From Octopus sinensis (lineage: Eukaryota), in assembly GCF_006345805.1 (NCBI RefSeq), contig NC_042998.1, forward strand, positions 85,994,001 to 86,058,000: a DNA stretch of 64,000 bases, written 5' to 3'. Shown here in pieces: positions 23,743 through 37,256 of this stretch (its first letter is position 1; every line of letters begins with the position of its first letter). The notes beneath the pieces are model-generated. The model worked only from the letters and a program-made list of their open reading frames with translations, had not been told where the DNA came from and did not search any database. The position numbers were made by a program, and so were the translations under genes.

Positions 23743-24963
23743 TGTAGTGATGCCATCTTGGAAATCTCCAGTATGCATGCGCAGGGGTAGAATCTTCCTG
23801 AAGGCCTGCCGGAAGTTCCCTCATGCGCATGTGCAGAAAACTAGCAGCAGTGAAATTCTCTGGTATCTCTCTTTTGACGCTAGGAGCTGAATGATACAGA
23901 CATGTCTCCAGCAGCTCTCTCGAGCTGCTACCTCGTGGCGCATCCCCACTATGCTTGAATGGGCAGGACTGACTCATTCCACTAGACTACTGCCAATAAG
24001 CTCCTAGGAAGGAAATGTTTATATTGTGAATCAAAGAATAAATATTTATACTGTTGAAGTTGACGGAAAATCTTGACTCTTTCTTCAATTAATATTTAAT
24101 GTAAAGGATGTGAGCAGCACCCATCCAGTGCAGGAATCTCTCATCCTGTTACAATTGGTGACCCCAACACATTCACCTATACAGGCACCTTTGCCTCTAC
24201 TAATGCCCACAACGCCACCTCCGTCTTCGAAAAGCACCTCGAGCAAACCTTATGTTACCAGATCAGACAGAACTGTTCACTGGCCCAAGAAACTTTCAAA
24301 AACAATTTACATTTGACATTCTCTTTTCTCTCCTGGTCCGTTTCATGTTTTAGTCTTGGACATTTTATAAAAAAAAATAAACAACTTTTGTGCATATTTA
24401 TTTCTTTTTGCATTAATATTTATTTGAGTTGTCATATTGTGTGCCACATCTTTTGGGTGATCGGTAGCCATCTTGTTTTCTGGAGCCACTACAATCTTCT
24501 GTTTCGTGCTTCCACACTCGAGGGGGACCCTTGTAGTGATGCTATCTTGGAAATCTCCAGCACGCATGCACAGGGTTGGAATCTTCTGGAAGGCTTGCCG
24601 GAAATTCCCTCATGCACATGCGCAGAAGACTAGCAGCAGTGAAATTCTCTGGTATCTCTCTCTTTTGACGCTAGCAGCTGAATGATACAGACGTGTCTCC
24701 AGCAGCTCGAGAGAGCTGCTACCTCATGGCACATCCCCACTATGCTTGAACAGGCAGGATTGACTCACTCCACTAGACTACTGCCGATAAGCTCCTAGGT
24801 TGCCGGTTCGCCCAGAGGAAGGAAATGTTTATATTGCAAATCAAAGAATAAATATTTATACTGTTAAAGTTGACGGAAAATCTTGACTCTTTCTTCAATT
24901 AATATTTAATGTAAAGGATGCAAGCAGCACCCATCCAGTGCAGGAATCTCTCATCCTGTTACA
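23743..24963 (+). mobile_element. Miniature LTR retroelement (TRIM-like, Gypsy-derived)
   Basis: LTRs 23743-24153 and 24532-24963 (TG..CA); 4-bp TSD TAGG; PBS TGGTGACCCCaAC 24156-24168; PPT GAGGGGGA about 24520-24527; internal VTRSDRTVHWPKKL pol-tail motif. Confidence 0.9.
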
Positions 24964-25344
24964 TAGGTATTTTTAAATGAAGATTTTGAAAAATACCTTT
25001 TGGAGAATGTAGATTATGAATATATCAGAATTTAATACACAAACAACAAATAGTGGGATAGCACACTTACATAATGATATCGCTTTTTTTTTTCTTAAAA
25101 TTTATTATCACAACAAATCCTAATATAATCTGAATCTACACCATATTTCCGTCATCTGAAGCATATTTCTAAAAAAAATTCATTAATAAATATCCATGTA
25201 TCTGAAAGTTATGAGGAAAGAATTTTGTTGGGGCACATATATGTAGGTATGCTTCAGCTAAGCCAGGTTGGTTACTGTGTATGATTGTGCATGCGTTACA
25301 GGAAGTCCATAGTAAACATATTATTTTTAATATATATATATATA

Positions 25345-25545
25345 TATGAAAGAAACCCATCATATATATATACATACATATATATATATATATATATGTG
25401 TATATATTTATATGAATATATACATATGATGGTTTTCTTTCAGTTTTTATCTACTAAATTCAATGACAAAGCTTTGGTTGATATGAAACTATAGCAGAAG
25501 ACACTTGCGCAAGGTACTATGCAGTGGGACTGAACCCGAAACCAC
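25345..25545 (-). mobile_element. SINE family A
   Basis: gtgggactgaaccc, tttcagtttttatctac motifs. Confidence 0.65.
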
Positions 25546-25984
25546 ACGATGTTTATGTGTATATATGTGTCTGTCTGTTTGTTTACCCTTCATTCTCATA
25601 GCGTTGAACTTGTTTTGGGATTCTTGGTTTCTTATGGTTTTATTGGTTTTATTTTTCATATCATATCATACATTGATACTGCATGATATTGTCCCACACA
25701 GAGATTCTAATTATGGCTAAGGTATTACTTTTTTCTTGGGTTCCTAGTTTTGGGAGGTTTTGTTGCATATATATGTGTGTGTGTGTTTTTGTGTGTAATT
25801 GTGATAAACCATAACTTGGAACCCTACCAAAAGATTACTGGGAGTGCTTCACTAATCTAATTAATTTTGTTAGCCTGTTGTGCCTACAGAGAGCTTATGA
25901 AAGTATTTAGCCCGGATTGATAATCCCTCACTAGTTTCTCCCCACCTCTCTCTGTATGTGTATATATATATATGTATATATATA

Positions 25985-26930
25985 TGTAGTAGATAACTTC
26001 GATTACCTAAGTGATCAAGTTAGTAGCAGAGGTAGATGCTTCAAGAGCACAGCTGTCAGAATAAGGTTAGGTTGGGCAAAGTTTAGTGAGCTCCTGCCTC
26101 TGCTGGCAACAAAGAGCCTCTCTCTCAGAGTGAAAGGCAGATTGTATGATACCTGTGTGTGAACAGCTATGCTACATGGCAGTGAAACATGGGTTGTGAC
26201 AGCCGAGGAGAGCATAAGCTTGAAAGAAATGAAGCCAATATACTTCACTGGATGTGCAATGTCAGTGTGCATGTTTGACAGAGTGTAAGCATCTTGAGAG
26301 AAAAGTTAAGCATAAGAAGCATCAAGTGTGGTGTGCAAGAGTGACGAATGTGCTGGTATGGTCATGTGATGCATATAGACGAAGACAGCTGTGCTGATCT
26401 CTAACTATGGAGGGAATCTGTGATAGAGGTAAACTCAGGGAGACACGGGATGAGGTGCCTCACAGAGGCAATGGCTGAGACCTTTGGCATTATGTTGTGC
26501 TTGAGTAGAAGACCCATCAAGCCAAGTAAAATCACAGTTGTGGCATGTAAAAGCACCTTTCAAACATTAGGTCTCACTGAGGCAAGGACCGGGACCATTT
26601 GGCATTATTTTGGGCTTCAAGCATTGAGCGTCACGTGACAATAACCAAGTCCATTTGGCATCATGTTGTGCTTGAGAAGAAGACCCATCAAGCCAAATAA
26701 AACTGCTGTCATGGCAGATACTGGTGCCATGCAAATTGCACCCGTACTGGTGGCATGTAAAAGCACCCATTACACTCTTGGAGTGGTTGGTGTTAGGACG
26801 GGCATCCAGCTGTAGAAACCATGCCAAAACAGACTGGAGTCTGGTGCAGCCTTCCAGATTGCCAGCCCTGGTCAAACCATCCAACCCATGCCAGCATGGA
26901 CAATGGACGTTAAATGATGATAATGATGAT
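25985..26930 (+). mobile_element. 5'-truncated RTE LINE
   Basis: VDNFDYLSDQVSS...LSLRVKGRLYDTCV; 3'UTR and (GAT)n tail; homologous to 58443-59740. Confidence 0.85.
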
Positions 26931-28079
26931 ATATATAACACGAATGGAGAAAGTATTTTACTTTTATTCAATACATTCTTACATGTGTTGAATGAAAATT
27001 TACATTTTCATTATCAAGGAATAACCTATAACCTTGCAATCTGAGTACATTGTATAATCATTGGAAATTGTATTGCAATTCCAAAAAATAAGATGAAGGG
27101 TTGTTATAGCAATTTGAAAGCTACATGCTATTTACAGAATTTAATTTTTGTAGTGAAATAGGTCAAAGACTTTATTTAAATACCTAAACAGTAAGGACAG
27201 ATGGTTCTTATCACAATAGAAAACATGGTAAGAGTGTTCTGTTGCCATCCAAACAGATTAATTGATAGATGTAGATCTAAGATAGCTGATGTTAGCGCTT
27301 AGAATGATTTGTTTTTTTAATATATACTTTTATTTGACCCCAAGTAGGTAATTAAAACATTTAACATTTATGTATTTGTGGTCTATGTAGCTTGGCATAA
27401 TTTATTCATATGTATTTGTTTTGACATGTACACACAGTGAGGGATTATCAATCTGGGAAAAATATTTCAAAAGCTCTCTGCACCTCAGGCTAAAAGTATT
27501 TAGATTAATGAAGAACTCTAGGTAATCTTGTGGCAGGGTCCAAGGTTATGGTTCATCACAATTCTGTATTGTAAATCCGTGGGTGGTCTCCAGACAAACT
27601 GATTTTTACACAGAATGATATATAAGAAAGAAGTTAAAAATAATGGTCATTACATATTTTTTCTTTATTGGAGCAAATTTGGCTTACAGCTGTTTCTAGT
27701 TGTTGTTATATATACAATACTGATTGGTTTACTCAGTTGGTCTATTGATGTTACTTTCATCAAAGCCAGTTCTGGTTATAACAAGCAGAGCACTGAAGGA
27801 ATGGTTATTGCATGGGGAAGAAAAGAGAAGAAGATAGCAAGATGAAAGGCATCATTTTTTTCGAAAATATACACATACTTCTACTTCTACTTAAATATAT
27901 TCACTCACTCCTACATTTATGCACATGCATATTCATTTATACATACAAACACACATTCATATATACATACAGACACAAACACACATGTGGATGCATGCAC
28001 ACTGACACTCACACACATACATATAAATGCAATGTAGACTATGGTTGGAGAAAGTGATTTCTCAACACAAGTTCAATAG

Positions 28080-28930
28080 AGGAACTAGTTATCGTATGCA
28101 ACAATAGTATGATAGATTAAGCAATGAAGGAAGGAAAGGCTGAGATTCTTAAAATGCATGGCAGAGCAAGATACAGCCTAGTCACCCATATAGTTAACCA
28201 AGGTTTACATGAAGGTATTTTACCCAATGATATTACAAGCATAGAGGAGGCACCTTAGATAGAAGTAATTGCAGTGGTATCAAATTGCTGGACAATGTCA
28301 TGAAAATTAAGGAAAGATTTTTATGCCAGTTGGAAGTACCACTGATGTTCTCTTTCCAATATGATAATAACAAGAGAAGTATTTACATCAAAGTAAATTA
28401 TTGTGCTTTGCATTTGTTGACTTGGAAAGTGCCTTCATCAGGGTCCTTGCTCTGTGATCTGGTGGTCCCTGAGGAAGTTAGGGATAGATAAATAACTTTT
28501 GAAAGCCATACAAGCTATGTACAGAAGTGTTGTCTGTAAGGTGAAAGTTAGCAACGAGTGCAACAATGAATTTAATGCAGGTCGGGGTTTACCAGAATTT
28601 GGTTCTCAGCCCCCTCCTATCCAACATTGTTCTCTAGGTCATAATAAAAAAATTAAGGAATGGTTGCCCTTGGGAATTACTATTTGCTGATGATCTCATT
28701 CGTATAACAGAATCTGTAGTAGGATTAAGGAAGAAATTCTAGGTGTAGAAGCAAAACCTGGAATTGCAGGTTTTAAAGTTAACTTAGCAAAGACCAAAGT
28801 TCTAATTGGCAAGAAAACAAATAAGGAAAATGACCCTACTCAATATATAGGAAAGGTGTAGGTAGAAATTCCATATTGTATTCTGGTGTAAACTGAGTAC
28901 ACCATTTCTAGAGATCACAGGAAGATTGCT
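28080..28930 (+). pseudogene. Degraded RTE reverse transcriptase fragment
   Basis: Remnants of NYRGIKLLD, FVDLE-AF, LLFADDL and NLAKTKVL, homologous to 59760-60700. Confidence 0.75.
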
Positions 28931-30215
28931 TCCCAACCATGTATTCTTGGGTTCAGTCCCACTGTGCAGCACTTTGAGTAAGTGTTTTCTGCTATAGCTC
29001 TGGGCCTACTAAAGCCTTATGAGTCAATGTGGTGGATGGAAACTGATAAGAGCCCATTGTACGTATGTGTGTGTGTGTGCATGCATAGATGCATGAGTGT
29101 GTGTATATCTTTGTCCTGACATCACATAAGGATTGTAAGTGTGCATTGCCATCATACAAGTGATGTTGTCCGTTTCAAGACTTTCAAAAAACATGTCTAA
29201 TCATTGGAAATATTAACTTGCTTAGAAACATGTAAGGGTTGGTGACAGGAAAGACATCCTTTTGTAAAAAAAATTGCCTCAACAAATTCTGTTTGACCCA
29301 TGCAAGCATAGAAATGTGGATGTTGAAATGACGATGGTGATATATATATATACATGTATGTGGATGTGTGGTAAGAAGCTTGCTTCCCAACCACATGGTT
29401 CTGGGCTCAGTCTCACTGCGTAGCACCTTGGACAAATGTCTTCTACTATAGCCTTGGGTCGGCTAAAGCCTTGTGAGTGGATTTGGAAGACAGAAACTGA
29501 AAGAAGCCTGTTGTGTGTGTATATATTTATGCATATATGTGTCTGTATTTCCACCACCACCATCGCTTCACAACTGATGTTGGTGTGTTTATGTCCCCTT
29601 AAACTAGCAGTTTGGCAAATAAGTACTAGGCTTACGAAGAATAAGTTCTGGGATTGATTACTTTGACTAAAACCCTTTAAGGTGGTGCTCCAACAGGCTA
29701 CAGTCAAATTTCTGAAACAAGTAAAAGAATAAAAGAATATATATGTATGTGATTGTATTCTAAGAAGTTTGCATCCCAGTCACGTAGTTCTGGGTTCAGT
29801 CCCACTGCCTGACATAATGGGCAAATGTTTTCTACTATAGTTTGGGTTGGTCAAAGCCATGTAAGTGGAATTAGTAATTGGAAACTGAAAGAATCCTGTC
29901 ATGATCATGTATACAGCCCCACACCTGTGTCTATATATTTATATATATTTGTTTGTGTGTGTGTTTGTGCATGTGTATGTGTGTGTGCATCTTTTGTGCC
30001 TGTGTTTGTCCTCCCTCACTGCTCGACAACTGATGTATTTGTGTTTATGTACCCATAATGTAGTGTTTGGCAGAAAAGACTGGTAGAATAAGTACCAGGC
30101 TTAAAAAAAGAAAATAAGTACTGGGGGTTGATTCATTTGATTAAAGTTCTTTAAGGTGGTGCCCTAACATGGTCACAGTCTAATGATTGAAACAATTAAA
30201 AGATAAAAGCTATGT
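28930..30215 (+). mobile_element. Cluster of family A SINEs (about 28930-29100, 29366-29740, 29760-30215) with an intervening reverse-oriented tail
   Basis: Repeated head and 'ttaaggtggtgctcc..gtcaca' tail. Confidence 0.7.
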
Positions 30216-30599
30216 ATGTATGTGTGTGCTGTGCACGTACATGTGTGTATGTATGAATATATATATATATACATACACTAAATGATTAAATATTTAAGAA
30301 TATTTATATAGATATTATTATTAATCATCAACATTAGTAAAATGAATAATAACAAGAATATGGGTGACCAACAACCAAATCCAAAATTTTATATTTAATT
30401 TATAATTATAATAGGGCACACATTATTGTGAAAATCAGAGTTGAAAAATCCTCTTAGAAAACCATCAATCGAGCAAAGTTTTTAACCCTAAGTATATAGG
30501 GAGACCAACTTTTGAGAATTAAGGGAGATAAACTCACAAAGTTTGAAATCAATTGATCCAGGGATATCTATTTCCTCATTCTATGGCTTTCTGCTGAGA

Positions 30600-31320
30600 T
30601 GGTAAGTTTCATAAGGACTCTTCTGTCTTGAAGAATGATGTTTTTGTATGTGACTGCTCTCTTCTTTAGGACAAGTTTAATGCATATGGCTCACATTATT
30701 GACATGAATTCTTGAAGTTTGATATCAGTATTTTGCATAGAGAGACTTTTGGGGCAATTTTGCTGAACAATTAATTTTTCAGTTGACTTCTAGTCAGCCT
30801 TGTGGAAGTTCAGTCTAGACAGACTTTGGGTGCTGTCTGCATGGGATACTTCATTAATTGGTTATGGACCATGTATCGTCAGTTCTACCATGTTGTAGTC
30901 TGAGAAAATTGTTGGATAAGATCTACATTGTTGGTGAAATAGAGGTCTAATAGGTTATCATTTCTGGTTTGGGGAGAGTATTATTTACTCAATGGACAAC
31001 AGTTTTGTGAGGTCAATTAAAAATTCTGTAACCACTGAAACTGGTTACAACTCCATTACCAACAGCAACAATAAGATTTCTTTCAACCTAAAAATAACTC
31101 TTTGCCCTCTCTCTAGAGAACAAAGCCTCTAAATTGGCAAATGTGGCTAAATTTTGAAAAATTGATGGGAGTAGGGCAGAGATATCTCCACCACTTGAAT
31201 CATTGACAACTATAGCCAGAAAATAGCGACTAAATTGAAACAGCAATGAACATTCATATAGAAAGGGCCCTACAGGAATTTGTGCTCTTCCCATGTATAT
31301 GAGAAAAAGGTGATAAATAT
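30600..31320 (-). pseudogene. Degraded CR1-like LINE (APE endonuclease C-terminus)
   Basis: DNLLDLYFTNN and LNFHKAD motifs on -; aligns with the 17100-17200 copy. Confidence 0.55.
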
Positions 31321-31332
31321 TACCATACCAGG

Positions 31333-34225
31333 GTGGCACCAGAACTAGATTTGTGGTGGGCACTCGCTTGTGTGGTAATAAATAAGATTGACACTCTCCT
31401 GGAGGTTAAGAGATCAAGGAGGGAGAACTGGACAGGGATCATACTGGAGGTGCTGCTCCAGCTGCAGAGGATCCTTGACCTGATCTCCTTGCTGAATGGA
31501 ACTGAGTTGAGAGTGATTGTGGAAAGCAGATGTTCAAGATGCCATGTTTGTGGCATGACATCATTTACGGGTGTTCTGTCCACAAAACAAAAACGAGAGG
31601 AGGGCCCCACCACCAATGTCGCAGCCATTGCCACAACAACATTATCACCTACAGGGGTAAAGAAGAGTGAAGCAACAACAGCATCTCAAGGCAGAACCAT
31701 AGTGGTGGCTCTGTCTAAGGCGGAAAGACTGCCAGTAGCAGGAAAAGGGCCAGTATCAGAAACAGCAGTAATAGCAGTAGCATCAGTAACAACAGCCCCA
31801 TACTGCACCACCACCACTGTTACCACCAAAACTGACAAGAACTTCAACTGAGAGGACCAACCAGGGCTTTCTTCAACCCAGCTCTCCTTCTTCCCTTCTA
31901 AAACACACACTAACACATAAAAACCCACAAGAACACAAGCACACAGATAACCTCTCCAGCCCCACAACCGTCAACACAAAAAAGCTGCTACCACCAGCAC
32001 AACCAACAGCACCATAATCCTACCTAACCCGCAAAAGAAAGCTTTCTGAAGAAATGATAAATTCACACACCCCAGTGGAGAGAGAGCAAATAAAGATCTT
32101 AAGGCCCTCATAACTCAAAATAAAGAGATTGAGAGAGGGGAGCAATACATAACATGAGCACTCTTAAAGTGCCGAAAGAGCTTTTGTTAGCACGTGTGCC
32201 ATTAACAACTTACAAAAATATTCAGGTGGTCTTCCTCCACAATGTGAGAACCCTCAATATAACAGCCTCCAAAAGGCTTTTAAAGGGGTTACCAGAGAAC
32301 CTCCAACCAGATCCAGAAGCCAGGCCATCTGGCTGCCAACAGCACTTGGAGGTTAAGTAACTCCTCTCTTTTTCTTTCACACAGCTTGTTCTGGCTGGCA
32401 TGGTGATGATTAGAGTGGGTTGCGTAAATTTTCATGACTTGGGGTTACCCTGGAAGCAAGGTTGCCTCTTTAAAGACTTCAAGTCACTAGCTTTGGGCGT
32501 GACAGCCATCAGCAAAACCAGGATTTCCGACAGACACGATCTAGCCTCTATTTTCAATAATTTTGAGATCTACGCATCTCTTAGTCACCCTGGAATGGGA
32601 GGTGGGGTGACAATAGTATTTAAGAAAGGCCTGGATCTTGAGGTTCAGACGATCTTTCTGGACCCAGATGGTAAGTTGGTGGTCCTGGATGTGAGCAATA
32701 GGGAAGGTGGTGCTTTTAGACTAGTCTCTGTGTGTGTTCAGCTGGATTTCTTCAGGGCAGCTGGATTTCTTCAGAGATCTGAAGGTTTTTCTTGCATTTT
32801 AGTGCTAGTGGGCAATTGGAATGCCATCTTGGATACACACCAAGATATGGTGGGGCTAACCTAGAAGAGAAGCAGGTGTAAAAGCCTCACAAACCTGCTC
32901 AGCCACTTCCAACTGGCTGACAGGTATCAACTGGTAGTGAGATTGGCTCTTGATCAATTTTTCAATGTCAAGCACGATAGTTGCGTTGTCAGAGCTAGGG
33001 CATGTGTGCTAAGATATGAAGGAACAAAAGCCATTCGATTGTTCCAGGTAGAAGAGGAGCAATGTGGCAACAAATCTACAGTACAGTTTTTGATAGGCTG
33101 GGATGGGCACATGCTACACGAATTCAAGCAGATATGAATGGAATTCCAGTGGCACTTTGCCGAACTGTATGTAGCATGTGCTGTGTTGGGAATGGAGGTG
33201 GATTTCACCCCCTACTTTGACAATATGCTGTGCCTCTTGGCTAAGGATATGGAATTCTGTAAAATGCCAATAACAGCTGAAGACGTGCAAGATGCGATGA
33301 TGAGCTGCACAAGAAAGAAGTCTCCGGGGCTGGGTGGTCTGCCCATCGAGTTGTATCTTTATATTCAAGACTTGTGAATGTCTACCGCAACTAGCAGCAG
33401 AATACCCAGTACTGTGAGCCATGGTATGGTGGTGCTGCTGATAAATGACCTGAACAAGGGGGAACAAATAGATAATTTTAAACCCATAACTCTGCTGAAC
33501 ACAAATTATAAGATTTTGGACAAGATGTTAGCCAAGAGGTCTGCACCTATCGGAGATACGCTGGTCAGTAGCATGCAGACATGTACTATCCCAAACAGAT
33601 CTATCCAGAACAACCCCCACCTCATGTGCTACATCATAGAGAGGGTAAGTAAAGAACTTGGCATCGGTGAGGCACTGATCAATTTGGATCAATCAAAAGC
33701 TTTTTACAGGGTTGATCACCAATAATTGGAGGCCATCCTTGCAGCAGCTGGTTTTGGTCTTGTTTTCAGAGGGTGGGTCACTGCAATGTACAGTAACATC
33801 TGTTCGGTTGTCAAAGTAAATGGCTACCTATTGGAATTGTTTAGCATTACTCGTTCAGTCCATCAAGGATGCCCTCCTTTATCTCTTCTGTACATGCTAC
33901 TCTCGAGCTATTACTAAGGAAGTTGGATATTTGGAGGGGCATTCCACATGGTCTAGGATGCAGAAGGTTTGTGTTGACTTAAGCGGATGACATCACTGCA
34001 ATAGTGTCGGACAGCTTGGAAATCAAGGTGATGGGCACTACCTTAAGGGAGTATGAAGCAGTAACAAGAGCAAAGATTAATCAGGACAGGGCAGCAGGCC
34101 TGCAACTTGGCACCTGGAGAGACAGGTCCATGCCAACCAGCAGCTTTGTACAATGCTGGATGGAAGAACCAGTTAAATTGCTCGGGGTCTGGTTTAGTCC
34201 AGACCTCCAGGTGGACAAGAACAAT
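31333..34225 (+). mobile_element. Tx1/L1-like LINE: ORF1 remnant (31333-31851) plus decayed ORF2 (APE and RT, 32400-34225)
   Basis: ORF1 VIVESRCSRCHVCG knuckle-like motif and Thr/Ala tail; ORF2 GGGVTIVF, VGNWNAILD, KKSPGLGGLP, NFKPITLLNTNYKIL, DQSKAF, VHQGCP, ADDIT, KLLGVWF. Confidence 0.85.
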
Positions 34226-34347
34226 TTATTAAGTGCAAAAATCCAACATATTCTCTTACAGCTGTTTCAGTTTTGCCCAAAGATTAAATTCTAATAATTA
34301 AATCAATGTGCTGGGCAAAATCTCAGAGGAGTAGAAAAGACATAACA

Positions 34348-34536
34348 TTAGGTTATCAGATGTTATGTTTCTAAATCATCTCAACAGACTGAATATCATT
34401 TAATTGCTAATTTTGGTATAAACCTGGGCCAGGTTTATACAACCTATTACCCTCTGGTCCAGGTTCATACCAACATTAGTAACTAAATAATATTCAGTCT
34501 GTTGAGATGATTTGGAAACAACACCTAATAACCTAA
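34348..34536. repeat. Long hairpin (about 84-bp arms, about 23-nt loop); MITE or hairpin-RNA candidate
   Basis: 34348-34431 is reverse-complementary to 34455-34536, with a perfect core aaatcatctcaacagactgaatat. Confidence 0.8.
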
Positions 34537-35544
34537 CAGTCAGTGGCGACTCATGTATAGGCACTGTGGAACTGCTGCACCCCCTATTTCCACTCAATAT
34601 TATGAATAACATTCTATATAGTGAGTCCTTTTTTCTTTAATTCTTTCTTTATACTTGTACATTTTATAATTCTTAAGCTTAATGTCAGTAGCCATCCCCT
34701 AGTTAATGAAAAAAAAATACAAAAATCCTTGTATAGAACTGTGCTTCACAGTTCCAGTGATGCAGTGTTTGGCTGTTGTGCACATGCTCACATGTCCGAG
34801 ATAGGAAGCTGCATGCTAGGGAGAGAGAGCACAGTGCTGACCCTTGTATGCTGGTGAAAGGTAGTGTTTCTTTTTTGACTCTGCTTAAAAATGTGTTTAT
34901 ATTCTTGAATGTGGTAAAGTGCAGAATTAGATTATTATCCTGCTTCCAGTTGCAGTGTTGCTGCTAGGATTTGAAAAATAGGGCAGATTTCGCCCCCTTA
35001 TTTTGTGATTTAGTGGGAATTTTTGAAAAACAAGGGGTAATCTGCAGCAGTGTTCAGCGAACAGATTAAACACACTGACTGGCAGTGGCTAAAATGTGAA
35101 CTGATCAAGTTTATGTATAAATTTTTATGTTTATTTCCTTTTATACAATATTAAAACAACAGCTAAAAATTTTCTGAAGCAGAACCCCTACTAATTTATC
35201 TATTAACCAAGCTGCTACTGCTAATGATATATTTTTCTACTCCTCTGATGAGATTTTGCCTAATAAATGATTTAATCATTGGAATTTAATTTTTGGGCAA
35301 AATTGAAACAGCTGTAAGAGAATATGCTGGATTTTTGCAGTTAATGAATTATATTAATGCTACATCTCCATTTTCTGAATTTTAATTTGAATATTTATTA
35401 ACCAAGATTTTTGTAGACGGAAAGTGAATGACGCCTATCGTATATATACAAATATTCAAATTAAAATATTACTATTCTAAAAAAATAATAGGCAATGAAC
35501 ATGTAATTCATTGGATATTTTTATCCCTTAATGAGGCTATTATA

Positions 35545-35790
35545 ACCTCTAATTACATATGTATGTGTGTGTGTGCGTGTTTTGTCCCTCCGCCATCACT
35601 TGACAATCGATGCGGTGTGTTTATCCCCATAACTTACCGGTTCGACAAAGCAGCCGATGGAATAAGAACTAGGCTTACAGAGAATAAGTCCTGGGGTCAA
35701 GTTCTTCGACTAAAACGCTTTAAGGCGATGCTCCAACATGGCCACAGTCAAATGACAAACAAGTAAAAGAATATAAGAATATATATATGT
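35545..35790 (+). mobile_element. SINE family A 3' half
   Basis: Matches the tails at 29560-29740 and 30000-30215. Confidence 0.65.
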
Positions 35791-35849
35791 ATATATGTGT
35801 GTATGTATATACCTGTATATATATTTACATACATACATATATTTATTAA

Positions 35850-36342
35850 TCTATATATATAAAACTGTAGTTGTGTGAGTGTCTGTCTCCTACGATTTAG
35901 ATTCCTAACTCCTCCCACATTTTGCGGTGCAGTTTAACCAAATTCGGGTATCTTATAGTTGTGATTCATATCGAGCCCGTCTGAGTATTAGCGCGCGTCT
36001 ACGATGAGTCTACGATTTTAAAAATAATTTAACATCATTTTTTATTCCATTTTAATGCATAATTTTTCGTGTGTCGATGGCGGCGGAGTTGGCGTCCATG
36101 GTCACACCTGCACCTGTTTGCTTCTCCCCCTTCTTCCCTCCCTCGTGAAGCTGTGGGGAAGGGAGTGTAAGGAAATCAACGTCGTAATGCGTTGTCAAGG
36201 AGACACTGAGTCAACGATTTAAAAAAAAAATTACCATAATTTTTTATTCCATTTTTAATGCATTTTTTTGCTATAACTCTCTAAAAATGCTTATATAGTT
36301 ATTTCCCTTACAAACCCGAGCAACGCCGGGCGATACTGCTAG
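35850..36342 (+). mobile_element. Short non-autonomous Helitron
   Basis: A|TCTATATATATAAAAC 5' end; CCCGAGCAACGCCGGG hairpin plus CTAG 3' end; same termini family as 19199-20737. Confidence 0.85.
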
Positions 36343-36374
36343 CATGTAATAAATATTCATGTATAAACCCGAGG

Positions 36375-36418
<44 letters not shown>

Positions 36419-36699
36419 TATGATATTTTACGAAGTTATTCGAACAACGACTTTTTCACTTCACCTGGAAGATACAAAGAATCTGTCAGTCAGAACTTGT
36501 AAATTGCAACTTTTCATTGATCAATCACATAAATGTTTCCCCAACTGCTCTCACATTAGATACCAGGCATTATAATATATTATTATACTAAGAAGTCTTT
36601 ACTTAGTCATTTGATTTGTTAGGGGTATTAGTCAAATCTTCATATTATCTTCTGTCGTCTTAAAAATACTAAGGGCTTATTGGATAATGAATTTCTCCT

Positions 36700-36854
36700 G
36701 TTCAAAACTGTTATGTTTTTGTTACTGAGTCTACTTGGGAGCTGACTTCGGGGTTAAGCATCAACTACACCTTTTATGTGAGATAATAATGCGGATACTC
36801 AATGAAACTAAATTAACATTCTTTCAAGTTTTTCTGTGTAAAGCTGCCAAACAG
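36700..36854 (+). other. Candidate non-coding first exon of the cadherin gene (start uncertain)
   Basis: Consensus donor CAG|GTAAGT at 36854/36855 in a CpG-bearing non-repeat segment upstream of the 37762 acceptor. Confidence 0.3.
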
Positions 36855-37256
36855 GTAAGTACAAGACCTTTAATATTCTCAGTGAAGAGAGAAAAGTTGT
36901 TTTGCGTAATATTAAGGCGAGACTATTAATTTCTTAAACGTTGTCACTAAACTTAATACACGGTGCGTCTGAAAAACGACTTTTATATAACTGAATGATT
37001 GAAGGTTTGCATTTTTAGCAGCTAAATAAACATTTGAAAGAAAACAAAATTTGGGGCGATCACTAACTTTTTTCAACAATTTTTCTATTCAACAACGTTG
37101 CATGAAATTATCACTTTTAGACTTGTTTGGTATTTAAAGCTTAACTGCAAAAAATAACAAATGGTTTGATAAACATGAATTTCTGTTGTTAACATATGCT
37201 CAGTCTTTTCCAATCACAATTACTATGGAAACAACATGTGTGTGTGTACACACACA

